59,103 bases of DNA, from positions 1 through 59,103 of the forward strand of contig JBBQMH010000006.1 of the NCBI GenBank assembly GCA_038328755.1. Reading direction: 5' to 3'. This document shows positions 31,850 through 40,396 of the stretch, one piece after another (the stretch's first letter is position 1; each line of letters begins with the position of its first letter). This DNA is from Candidatus Limnocylindrales bacterium (GTDB lineage: Bacteria > Chloroflexota > Limnocylindria > Limnocylindrales > CSP1-4). The position numbers and the translations under genes were made by a program. Under the pieces are notes generated by a model. It made no database searches. It saw nothing but the letters and a program-made list of their open reading frames with translations, and had not been told where the DNA came from.

Positions 31850-34800
31850 GTGTCCGTGCCCACACGCGAGGTCCCGGCGTCCCCCCGCCGTGTCACCTCG
31901 TCCGTCGCGTCCCATCGACTCCCCGGCACCACGCGACGGAGCGGCGGTGCGCTACTCCTGATCTGGTCTCTCCTTGCCCAACTGACGATCCTGGCCGTGC
32001 CATTGGCGGCACCGACCGTCGTGCTGGCCGCTCCGCCGGTAAGCGTCGTCGTCAGCACGCCGGGGGTCTGGGTGGGAGCCGGGACGGGCACCACGACCGT
32101 CACCCACAACGGGGGTGGCGGCATCGCCGAGTTCCAGTACTCCTACGACAACCCGGCGCACTCGGGAGCGACCGGCTCCTGGTCGTTCGCGACGATCGCG
32201 GGAGCGACCGGGACAGTGTCCCTTCCCTACTCGTTCACTGGATTTCACGCGTACTTCCAGGTCCAGGTCGGGTTGGAGGCCTACGTGAAGCACGACGGGA
32301 CAGTGTCGAGCGCGCCGCTCGAAACAGGTGGACCGGTCAACTGCTGCACGACCCCTTCGGCGGGGTTCTCGTATTCGGGGACGGCCACGCTGTCCGTGGC
32401 CAGCGGCGACGAATACGGATTCACGATCACCGGCAGCAACGGCGACAGTGATGCGCGCCTCATTGGGACCCTGACGGTCGGGCAGGAGGTCGTCGTCAAC
32501 GGCGGCTTCGAGGCGCCGCAGGTGGCGAGCCCGAACTTCGATAGCTACGGGACTGGCTCGACGGCAGTCGCGGGCTGGACGGTCGGCGGTGACTCGATCG
32601 ATCACATCGGCGCCACCTATTGGAACGCCGCCGAAGGGGTGCAATCCATCGATCTGGACGGCAGCGCGCCCGGCGCTGTGTCCCAGACGCTGACGACCAT
32701 CCCGGGCCGTGCGTACAACCTGCGTTTCGCGTACTCCGCGAACCCTGATCTGCCGGGCATCACGCCGGGGATGATCATCACGGTCGACGGCGCCCAGATC
32801 GGCGGTTCCGTCACCCACATCGCCACCGCGCGCCCGCTCGACTGGACGACCGGGACTCGGACATTCACAGCGACCGGAACCTCTACGGTCCTGTCGTTCG
32901 CGTCCACCGACGGTTCCGAGGCTCGGGGAATCGCGCTCGACGCCGTCTCGGTCATCCCGGATGTTACGGTCGCGCCGCCCGCCAACACGGAAAATGCCCC
33001 GCTCCTCTATCGCGCTGCTCCAACGGCCGGTGGCATCCACGTCGAAGGAGTTCTTGGGGGCGCGGCGAACAGCACGTTCTCCGTCCTGTTCCTGACGTCG
33101 ACGACCGGCTGCGGTACCGACGCTCAACTCGTGGACCCCGTGGGCGGACCGACCGTGACCGGCATCTCGACCGATGCCCAGGGCCGGGCGAATTTCTCCG
33201 CACAGATCGCCATCTCCCCGAGTTCGACGCCGGCGATGTACATCGCCGCCAAGGTGACAGGCCCGGGACAGAGCAACCTCGGCCCGTGCATCGTGGTCAC
33301 CGACCCCAACGACACGTGGACCAACGCGATCGAGGTCGGTGCCAATGGCTCCACGACGGGCTACCTCGACGACTACGGTCGATCGCGCTGGTACAAGTTC
33401 CCGGTCGCCCCTGGCGGCGTCGTGAGCGTGTCCGTGGCCGGAACCCCGGGCGGGGATCTCCCGGCTGACTACGACGCCTTCCTGTTCTCCGATATCTCGA
33501 AGGCCTACAACGCCCTGACGGGCCCGAATGCCCAGAGCCTGGCGCAGCTCACCGCGCAGTTCGCGGGCAATCCGTCGTACATCGGCAACCCGAGCTACAT
33601 CGGCAACCCGAGCTACATCGGGAATCCCTCGTATATCGGCAACCCGTCGTACATCGGCAACCCGAGTTACATCGGCAACCCGAGCTACATCGGGAATCCC
33701 TCGTATATCGGCAACCCCAGCTACATCGGCAACCCTTCGTACATCGGCAACCCGAGCTACATCGGCAACCCGAGCTACATCGGGAATCCCTCGTATATCG
33801 GCAACCCGAGCTACATCGGAAACCCGTCGTACATCGGGAACCCGTCGTACATCGGGAACCCGTCGTACATCGGCAACGAGATCTTCGGGGCGTATTCGAC
33901 GGCGGCCCGGAACAGCCTCGTTGGGTGGAACGTCGAGGAGGGCACCGGTCCGGCCAGCATCCCCGCCAACACCTGGACGAACGACGGGTACTACTACGTG
34001 CACGTCACCGGCAAGAACGGCGTATACGATCTCCAGAATACGTTCACGATCGCGATCACGACCCAGCCAAGCGCCTGTTCCGGCGTCGTCGCGTCAGGCG
34101 CCGCTCCGGTAGCGGTCGGCTCCACAAGCACCACGCTCATCCTCTGGGACCGCGACCGGATCACTGGTACGGATGACGAGAAGAACACCCTCGCGCTCAA
34201 GCTGAGCAGCCTCGCGGCAGCCACGGGCGGCACGGTCGTCAACGTCAGCGGGAACGGCCGCGTCGCGACCCTCCAGGCCCAGGCCACCGCCAACCCGTCC
34301 TGCGTCTACGCCAAGAATCTGGTCGCGTCGGCGATTCGCGATGTCGTGCAGTCGTACCGCAACCCGAACCTGAAATATGTCGTCCTCGTCGGCGGCGACT
34401 CGTCGATCCCGTTCTTCCGCTACCCGGACCCGTCCGACCTGGCGCCGGAATCGTGGTACGTGCCGCCGGTGGCGGCAACCTCGCCGTCCGAGGCCAGCCT
34501 CCGCGATAACTACGTCCTCGGACAGGACGAGTACGGAGCCACCACCATCCTGTCGCTCGGCGGGACCCGATTCCCGATTCCCGACCTCGCGGTGGGCCGA
34601 CTGGTGGAGACCGCCGCCGAGGCGTCACACATGATCGATAGCTACGTCACGGGTGCGTCCGTGAACGTCGCGACGCCACGCACGTCGCTCGTGACCGGGT
34701 ATGACTTCATCGCCGACTCTGCTGTCTCCGTCAAGGACCAGCTGGACGCTGGCACGGGCGCGGTTGGTGACAGCCTCATCAACGACGGGTGGACTGCGGA

Positions 34801-37800
34801 CCAGCTCCGCGCGAAGCTCCTTGGGCCGTCCCGCTACGACCTCGTCTACCTGGCCGGCCATTTTGACGCGAACTCCCTCCTCGCCGCGGACTTCAACTCG
34901 ACGATCAATGCGTCGGAGCTGGCACCGGCCTCGGTGAACCTCACCGGGACCCTGGTTTGGAGCACGGGCTGTCACGCCGGCTACAACGTCGTCAACACGG
35001 ATGGGATCGCCGGCGTGACGCAGACACTGGACTGGGCGGAGGCCTTGGCCCAGAAGGGCGCGACCCTCGTGGCCGGGACCGCATTCCAGTACGGCGACGA
35101 TGAGCTGATCGAGTACAGCGAGCGGATCTACGCCGAGTTCGCCCATCAGCTTCGGGTCGGCAGCGGCCCCGTCGCCGTCGGAACCGCCCTCGTACGCTCG
35201 AAGCTCGCCTACCTGGCCGCGACCCCGGACATCAAGGGCATGCACGAAAAGGCGCTCCTGACCGCCGCCGTCTTCGGCCTCCCGATGTTCTCGGTCGACA
35301 TGCCGGGCAGCCGCGACACGAGCGGCACCGGCGGCTCGATCGTTCCCGCCACGAACAGCACCCTCGGTGTTCCGTCCGCTGACATCACGATCGACACCTC
35401 GGGTGTCGACGCGAAGACTTCCACCACCAACCCACCCGCGAACTACCTCTCGGGTCCCGACGGCGTCGCCTCGAACCCCGGCGAGCCGGCCCTGCCGCGC
35501 TTCGTCAAGAACGTTGGGGTTCCCGGCAAGGTGCTCCGCGGTGTCGGATTCCGGAGCGGCATCTTCACCGAGACGACCGGCGTGGTGCCCCTGATCGGTG
35601 CCCCCGGCACCGAGTTCGGCGGATCACAGACGCCGTTTACCGCAACCACCTGGTTCCCGACCCGGATGTGGACGGCAAGCTACTTCGCCGACCTGGCCGG
35701 GGGATCGACATCGCTCCTCGTGACTCCGGTCCAACACAAGGTGACGAACCCGGGTGACACGACGGCGAGCCGGCGGGCCTACTCCGCGCTCGGCCTTCGC
35801 CTGTTCTACGCCGACGCCTCGAGCGCAACGGCTGGGCAGGCGTCCGCCCCGACGATCTCGGGTGTCAGCACGAGCGAGTCCGGCTCGGACGTGACCTTCA
35901 ACGCGACCGTGCAGAGCACCGACTCGAACGGGGCGAACAACGCCAGATCCGTCTGGGTCACGTACACATTCGGCAACACCGGGTGCGACTGTTGGCAGTC
36001 GGTCGACCTTGTCCAGTCGCCGAGTGATCCAACACTCTGGTCGAAGACGCTGACGCTGACCGGCGGTTCTGCCTCCGACCTGCGCTTCATCGTCCAGGCA
36101 GCCAACGCGGCGGCCCTCGTCGGGATCGACGACAACTCGGCGGCCTACTACGCCCTCACCGGCGCTCCGGTCGCGACCCAGGACCCGACGGCGCTCGCTA
36201 TCAACGCTCCGTCCGCCGGTACGTCCGGTACGTATGGCGACGACGCAACGATCTCGGCGACGCTCACCAGCAATAGCCTGCCGTTGGCCGGTCGTGTCGT
36301 CAGCCTCCGCCTCGGCTCCACGGTCCAGACCGCGATCACCGGTGCCGGGGGCGTCGCGTCCGTGACCCTCCCGATCTCGGCGACACCCGGGGTGGCCCAG
36401 GTCGCGGCGACCTATGCAGGCGACACGACGACGAAGCCGTCGAGCGCTTCAGTCGCGTTCACCGTCGCCAAGCTCGGGACGAGCCTCACCCTGATGACGC
36501 CGCCGAGCGGGGTCCGCCCGGGCGCGGACAGCGGCGTGTTCGCGACCCTCACGGACGCCAACAATCAGCCGCTCAGCGGCCGATCCATCATCTTCGTCGT
36601 CGGCGACAGCACGCACCCCGGCCTCGCGCGCCAGGTCTCGACGGGCGCCGACGGTCGAGCCTCGCTTGGTTCCGTGCCGACGCTCCCGGCGGGCGGGTAC
36701 GCCGTGTCGGCGTTCTACAACGGAACGGTCACGCTCGACCCTTGGGCCACGTCGCCGTCAATGATCTCGTTGACGAACCCGATCTACAACGCAAGTTCGG
36801 CAGGCCCAGGAGCCCTGCCGGTCAAGGGCGACCAGACCATCACGTTCAGCGCGCCGGCGACGCACACCTATGGTGATGCCGACTTCGGGATCTCCGCGAC
36901 CGCCAGCTCCAGCCTCGTGGTTACGTTCACGTCCGAGACGTTGGGTGCCTGCACCCTGAGCGCTTCGACCGTCCACATCGTGGCTGCGGGCACCTGCACG
37001 ATCCGCGCGGATCAGGCTGGCGGCACGTACTTCGAGCCGGCGCCGCCCGTCACGCGCTCCTTCTCGATCGCCCAGCGGGCACTGACGGTCACGGCCAACA
37101 ACGAGGCCAAGAAATACGGGGCCACGCTCTCCCTCGGCGGGGCAGCGTTCTCGACCGGCGCCGGGCAGCTCGTCAACGGCAACACCGTGACCGGCGTCAC
37201 GCTCGGGAGTGCCGGCACTCCCGCCGCTGCAGCCGTCGGGACCTACCCGATCACCGTCAGTGGGGCGGTCGGCACGGGTCTTGGCAACTACACCATCACC
37301 TACATAGATGGCACGTTGTCCGTCGTCATCCCGGACCGCTACGTAACGAAGCTCAACACGACCCTCAATGTCCTGGCTTCGGGCATCTTCGGGGCTACGA
37401 GCGGAACGGTCACCGGTGTCAGCGTGACCACGACACCCAAGGGTTCCGTCACGATCCAACCGAACGGATCCTTCACGTTCGTGCCCAAGACCGGGTTCAG
37501 CGGCAGCGACACGTTCGCCTATCGGGCGACGATCGGTGGGGTCCTCCAACCCGCGGTAACGGTGACGGTCTACGTGATCGGCAACGGCGGGACGAGCTGC
37601 TCCGGGTGCAACTTCTCGGGCCTTGACCTCCGTGGCTACAAACTGTCCGGCGGCGCCTTCAGCAGCGCCAACTTCAGTGGCGCACATCTGACTGGTGTCA
37701 ACCTGAGCGGGTCGAACATGGCAGGTGCCAACTTCAACGACGCGACGCTTGCTGGGGCCAACCTCAGCGGGGCAAACCTGTCGAGCGCCACCTTCCAGAA

Positions 37801-38188
37801 TGCCGACCTCACGGGTGCCAGCCTCGCGGGTTCCAACCTCTCGAAAGCGAACTTCACGAACGCGCTCCTCACGAACGCGAACCTGAGTGGCGCGAACCTG
37901 TCGAGCTCCATCCTTGCCGGCGCTCAGCTTCCGGGAGCCAACCTCACCGGCAGCAACGTCTCGAGCGCCAACCTGAACGGTGCCAACCTCCAGGGTTCGA
38001 CGGCGCAGGGCACGAACATGTCGAAGTCGACGTTCATCGGCGCCAACGCGTCGCACGTCAACTTCAAGGGCTCGAACCTGTCGAAGGTGAACTTCACCAA
38101 CGCCAACCTGTCCAACTCCATCCTGACCGGCACCAATCGGTCGGGCGCGATCTTCGCCGGAGCGAACCTGACCGGGGTCGTCTATTAG
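31850..38188 (+). CDS. 2112-aa secreted multidomain protein: DUF642/choice-of-anchor C-like, PPC-like domain with (GNPSYI)17 insert, peptidase C25-like domain, Ig-like/MBG domains, C-terminal pentapeptide repeats
   Basis: RBS GAGGAG and signal-peptide-like N-terminus; VVNGGFE...SIDLDG; YVVLVGGD, PDLAVGRL, LAGHF, TGCHAG; LTVTANNEAKKYG...NYTITY; A(N/D)LxG repeats. Confidence 0.85.
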   Translation: MSVPTREVPASPRRVTSSVASHRLPGTTRRSGGALLLIWSLLAQLTILAVPLAAPTVVLAAPPVSVVVSTPGVWVGAGTGTTTVTHNGGGGIAEFQYSYDNPAHSGATGSWSFATIAGATGTVSLPYSFTGFHAYFQVQVGLEAYVKHDGTVSSAPLETGGPVNCCTTPSAGFSYSGTATLSVASGDEYGFTITGSNGDSDARLIGTLTVGQEVVVNGGFEAPQVASPNFDSYGTGSTAVAGWTVGGDSIDHIGATYWNAAEGVQSIDLDGSAPGAVSQTLTTIPGRAYNLRFAYSANPDLPGITPGMIITVDGAQIGGSVTHIATARPLDWTTGTRTFTATGTSTVLSFASTDGSEARGIALDAVSVIPDVTVAPPANTENAPLLYRAAPTAGGIHVEGVLGGAANSTFSVLFLTSTTGCGTDAQLVDPVGGPTVTGISTDAQGRANFSAQIAISPSSTPAMYIAAKVTGPGQSNLGPCIVVTDPNDTWTNAIEVGANGSTTGYLDDYGRSRWYKFPVAPGGVVSVSVAGTPGGDLPADYDAFLFSDISKAYNALTGPNAQSLAQLTAQFAGNPSYIGNPSYIGNPSYIGNPSYIGNPSYIGNPSYIGNPSYIGNPSYIGNPSYIGNPSYIGNPSYIGNPSYIGNPSYIGNPSYIGNPSYIGNPSYIGNPSYIGNEIFGAYSTAARNSLVGWNVEEGTGPASIPANTWTNDGYYYVHVTGKNGVYDLQNTFTIAITTQPSACSGVVASGAAPVAVGSTSTTLILWDRDRITGTDDEKNTLALKLSSLAAATGGTVVNVSGNGRVATLQAQATANPSCVYAKNLVASAIRDVVQSYRNPNLKYVVLVGGDSSIPFFRYPDPSDLAPESWYVPPVAATSPSEASLRDNYVLGQDEYGATTILSLGGTRFPIPDLAVGRLVETAAEASHMIDSYVTGASVNVATPRTSLVTGYDFIADSAVSVKDQLDAGTGAVGDSLINDGWTADQLRAKLLGPSRYDLVYLAGHFDANSLLAADFNSTINASELAPASVNLTGTLVWSTGCHAGYNVVNTDGIAGVTQTLDWAEALAQKGATLVAGTAFQYGDDELIEYSERIYAEFAHQLRVGSGPVAVGTALVRSKLAYLAATPDIKGMHEKALLTAAVFGLPMFSVDMPGSRDTSGTGGSIVPATNSTLGVPSADITIDTSGVDAKTSTTNPPANYLSGPDGVASNPGEPALPRFVKNVGVPGKVLRGVGFRSGIFTETTGVVPLIGAPGTEFGGSQTPFTATTWFPTRMWTASYFADLAGGSTSLLVTPVQHKVTNPGDTTASRRAYSALGLRLFYADASSATAGQASAPTISGVSTSESGSDVTFNATVQSTDSNGANNARSVWVTYTFGNTGCDCWQSVDLVQSPSDPTLWSKTLTLTGGSASDLRFIVQAANAAALVGIDDNSAAYYALTGAPVATQDPTALAINAPSAGTSGTYGDDATISATLTSNSLPLAGRVVSLRLGSTVQTAITGAGGVASVTLPISATPGVAQVAATYAGDTTTKPSSASVAFTVAKLGTSLTLMTPPSGVRPGADSGVFATLTDANNQPLSGRSIIFVVGDSTHPGLARQVSTGADGRASLGSVPTLPAGGYAVSAFYNGTVTLDPWATSPSMISLTNPIYNASSAGPGALPVKGDQTITFSAPATHTYGDADFGISATASSSLVVTFTSETLGACTLSASTVHIVAAGTCTIRADQAGGTYFEPAPPVTRSFSIAQRALTVTANNEAKKYGATLSLGGAAFSTGAGQLVNGNTVTGVTLGSAGTPAAAAVGTYPITVSGAVGTGLGNYTITYIDGTLSVVIPDRYVTKLNTTLNVLASGIFGATSGTVTGVSVTTTPKGSVTIQPNGSFTFVPKTGFSGSDTFAYRATIGGVLQPAVTVTVYVIGNGGTSCSGCNFSGLDLRGYKLSGGAFSSANFSGAHLTGVNLSGSNMAGANFNDATLAGANLSGANLSSATFQNADLTGASLAGSNLSKANFTNALLTNANLSGANLSSSILAGAQLPGANLTGSNVSSANLNGANLQGSTAQGTNMSKSTFIGANASHVNFKGSNLSKVNFTNANLSNSILTGTNRSGAIFAGANLTGVVY
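33566..33871 (+). repeat. 17 x 18-bp in-frame tandem repeat encoding GNPSYI
   Basis: 306 bp read unit by unit; all 17 units translate identically while codons vary. Confidence 0.98.
37600..38185 (+). repeat. Pentapeptide repeat region (right-handed beta-helix type)
   Basis: ANFSG/ANLSG/SNLSK/ANFTN units to the C-terminus; start boundary approximate. Confidence 0.9.
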
Positions 38189-38191
38189 GGT

Positions 38192-38211
38192 CGCCCGCGG
38201 GCGCGCGGGCG
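38192..38211. terminator. Hairpin between convergent genes
   Basis: CGCCCGCG-ggcg-CGCGGGCG between stops at 38188 and 38221. Confidence 0.45.
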
Positions 38212-38220
38212 TTGGCGGGC

Positions 38221-39957
38221 TCAGCGAATCCCGGCCAGCTCCTGGAGCGAATGCCAGTAGGCGAGGCGGTCGTCCTGCGTGGCGTTGATCTCGGGCGTTC
38301 CGGCGGGGTCCTTGCTGAAGTGCTGGCGGAAGCGGCCCTCGGTCCGGGCAAAGGCGAGGAAGTCGACGGGAGTTCCGTCGGGTGACTTGGCCCAGTCCTC
38401 CTTGAGCGCCGGATTGCCCTGCAGGGAGAGGCGCTCGGCCATCGACTCGCCGCGGCGCGGGTCATAGGTGAAGAGCGGGAAGGCTCGCGAGTCGGCGGCC
38501 AGTTTCGCCTGCCGCGTTGACGCGTCGTCTCCGATTCCGTGCTCGGGCTGGCAGGGCGTGTAGGCCACGATCACGGCCGGGCCGGGATACTCGTTGGCCT
38601 CGATGATCGAACGGTAGAAGTGGTTGATGTGGGCCGGCGTCGTCTGGGCGACGTAGACCTCGCCATGCGCCATCAGGATCCGGGCCAGCTCCTTGCGCCG
38701 CTCGGGCCGCCCGTGGAGGGCCGTGCCGTAGGCGGACATCTTGGTCACCTGGCCGCCGAAGGATGCCGTGGACGCCTGTCCCCCGGTGTTCGAGTAGACC
38801 TGCGTGTCGAGGACGAGGACCTTGATGTCGGAGCCCGAGGCCACCATCCGGGACAGGCTCTGGAAGCCGATGTCATACATCGCGCCGTCGCCGCCCAGGA
38901 CCCACAGGCGCCGATCCTCGTGCCCGCCCGCGTCCCAGCGCGCCCGGACGCCGAGTGCAACCGCGGGAGCATTCTCGAACAACGAGTTGGTCCACGGCAC
39001 GCGGTATGGGTTGAACGGATAGGTGCTGCCGTAGACGGTGTTGCAGCCGGTCGCGGCCACGATCCCCATCGACTCGGGCCCGTGGAGCTGGCGCGTCGCC
39101 GCCACGAGCATGCGGATGGCCGTAGCTTCGCCGCATCCTGCGCAGGATCCGGCGCCGCCGACGTAACCGATAGCGTGCTCGCCGAGCATCAGGTCGGCGA
39201 GGGCCTTGTCATTGCGGTATTCCGGCGGGGTCATCGGAAGCGAGCGGAAGAAGCTGATATCGCGTTCGTAGCGATCCAGGGTTGACTCGCCGCTGGGGGT
39301 TTCCTCAGCGACCTTGTCGATCATGATCAGGGCGTCATGCCCGAGCGCGGCACAGACCTCCACGCACTCGGCGCAACCCTTGCAGTGGACGGGGTCCACG
39401 AAGATCCCGAACTGACCGCGGTCGATGCCGCGACGCGCCGGAACCTCGCCGTATTTCTGCGTGGCGGCGAAGTGTGACGCCGCAGTACGGGTAGCCAGCG
39501 TCGCATCGGGCCGGTCGGCGGCGAAGGTCGTGATCCGCCCGTCGAGCTCCGACTCCGGAACCACGACCCCGAGGATTGCCGTGTCTGGGCAGGCGTTGAC
39601 GCAGGCCATGCAGCCCACACACTTTTCGGCCAGCAGGTCCGGAATGCGCGGCGCGAGACGGGAGAAGTCGCGGACTGCCGACGTTGCCGGCGGAATGATG
39701 CTGCGGGCCAGGCCCACGTCGGCGGGCAGTTCCCGATCAGCGATGCCGCGGCGATAGGCGGGAACCACGCTGCGCCCGAACTCCTCGACGTAGGCATCGA
39801 TATCCAGCAACGGCGGCGCGATCGTCGCCAGGCGTTCCAGTTGCAGCTCCTTGAGCTCACCGGCGTCCTTCAGGAACGGGCTGTCGTCCGGGTGCGGGTC
39901 ATGCGTCGCGGGTACCTGCGCCGTGACGGCGCGGTCGGTCGTCGGCGCCTCAGACAT
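38221..39957 (-). CDS. Pyruvate:ferredoxin oxidoreductase, C-terminal half (ferredoxin + TPP domains)
   Basis: CVGCMACVNACP, CKGCAECVEVC, CAGCGE, ATGC, NSLFEN, GGDGAMYDIG, YSNTGGQ. Confidence 0.9.
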   Translation of the reverse strand: MSEAPTTDRAVTAQVPATHDPHPDDSPFLKDAGELKELQLERLATIAPPLLDIDAYVEEFGRSVVPAYRRGIADRELPADVGLARSIIPPATSAVRDFSRLAPRIPDLLAEKCVGCMACVNACPDTAILGVVVPESELDGRITTFAADRPDATLATRTAASHFAATQKYGEVPARRGIDRGQFGIFVDPVHCKGCAECVEVCAALGHDALIMIDKVAEETPSGESTLDRYERDISFFRSLPMTPPEYRNDKALADLMLGEHAIGYVGGAGSCAGCGEATAIRMLVAATRQLHGPESMGIVAATGCNTVYGSTYPFNPYRVPWTNSLFENAPAVALGVRARWDAGGHEDRRLWVLGGDGAMYDIGFQSLSRMVASGSDIKVLVLDTQVYSNTGGQASTASFGGQVTKMSAYGTALHGRPERRKELARILMAHGEVYVAQTTPAHINHFYRSIIEANEYPGPAVIVAYTPCQPEHGIGDDASTRQAKLAADSRAFPLFTYDPRRGESMAERLSLQGNPALKEDWAKSPDGTPVDFLAFARTEGRFRQHFSKDPAGTPEINATQDDRLAYWHSLQELAGIR

Positions 39958-40396
39958 CGGAACCGCCCTGGGGAAGGACCTCGAGCTCTTCGGTGATGGC
40001 GTGGATCAGGTCCGTCGTGGACAGGACGCCGATCGGGATCGTCGGATCCGCATCGTCGACCACCACGAGGCGGTGGATCTTGTGCCGTTCCATCTTTCGA
40101 GCCGCATCGTCGAGGCTCATCGAGCAGTGCACCGTGATGGCGGGGCTGGTCATGAGGTGGCGGACGGCGAGGCCCGGCCAGTTCGACCAGAGGTACTCGG
40201 TGGCCCGAGCCCGGGTGAGGTCAGTCTGGGATAGAACGCCCACCAGGGCCCCCACGGAGTCGACCACAGGTAGCCCGTGAACGTGACGGTGGTCCATCAG
40301 CGCGGCGGCCTCGGTCAAGGTGGCGTCGGCGCGAATGACGATCGGTTCGAGCGCCATGCGGTCGCCGACGGTGGCGGTCTTCGTCGATTGAGTCAT
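39950..40396 (-). CDS. CBS-pair domain protein
   Basis: Two CBS repeats (LPVVD...GVLSQTD; LVVVD...GVLSTTD); overlaps both neighbours. Confidence 0.92.
   Translation of the reverse strand: MTQSTKTATVGDRMALEPIVIRADATLTEAAALMDHRHVHGLPVVDSVGALVGVLSQTDLTRARATEYLWSNWPGLAVRHLMTSPAITVHCSMSLDDAARKMERHKIHRLVVVDDADPTIPIGVLSTTDLIHAITEELEVLPQGGSDV

Noticed and set aside
30195-31865. 556-aa antisense ORF, and similar long antisense ORFs (15010-16440, 40687-42243, 5319-6521)
   Set aside because: They overlap well-supported genes, have no recognisable motifs, and are expected from stop-codon scarcity at this GC content.
33566-33871. 18-bp repeat array as a CRISPR array or DNA-level VNTR
   Set aside because: There are no spacers and no cas genes; variation is confined to synonymous positions of an in-frame ORF, so the constraint is on the protein.
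31952-34003. 683-aa minus-strand ORF with DVARVA/DIRGIP repeats
   Set aside because: It is the antisense shadow of the giant gene. Its repeat units vary in amino acids while the plus-strand units are invariant.
27913-38220. Cyclase plus giant-protein pair as a mobile element or defence island
   Set aside because: I found no integrase, transposase, flanking direct repeats or evident compositional shift; an anti-phage role cannot be supported from sequence alone.
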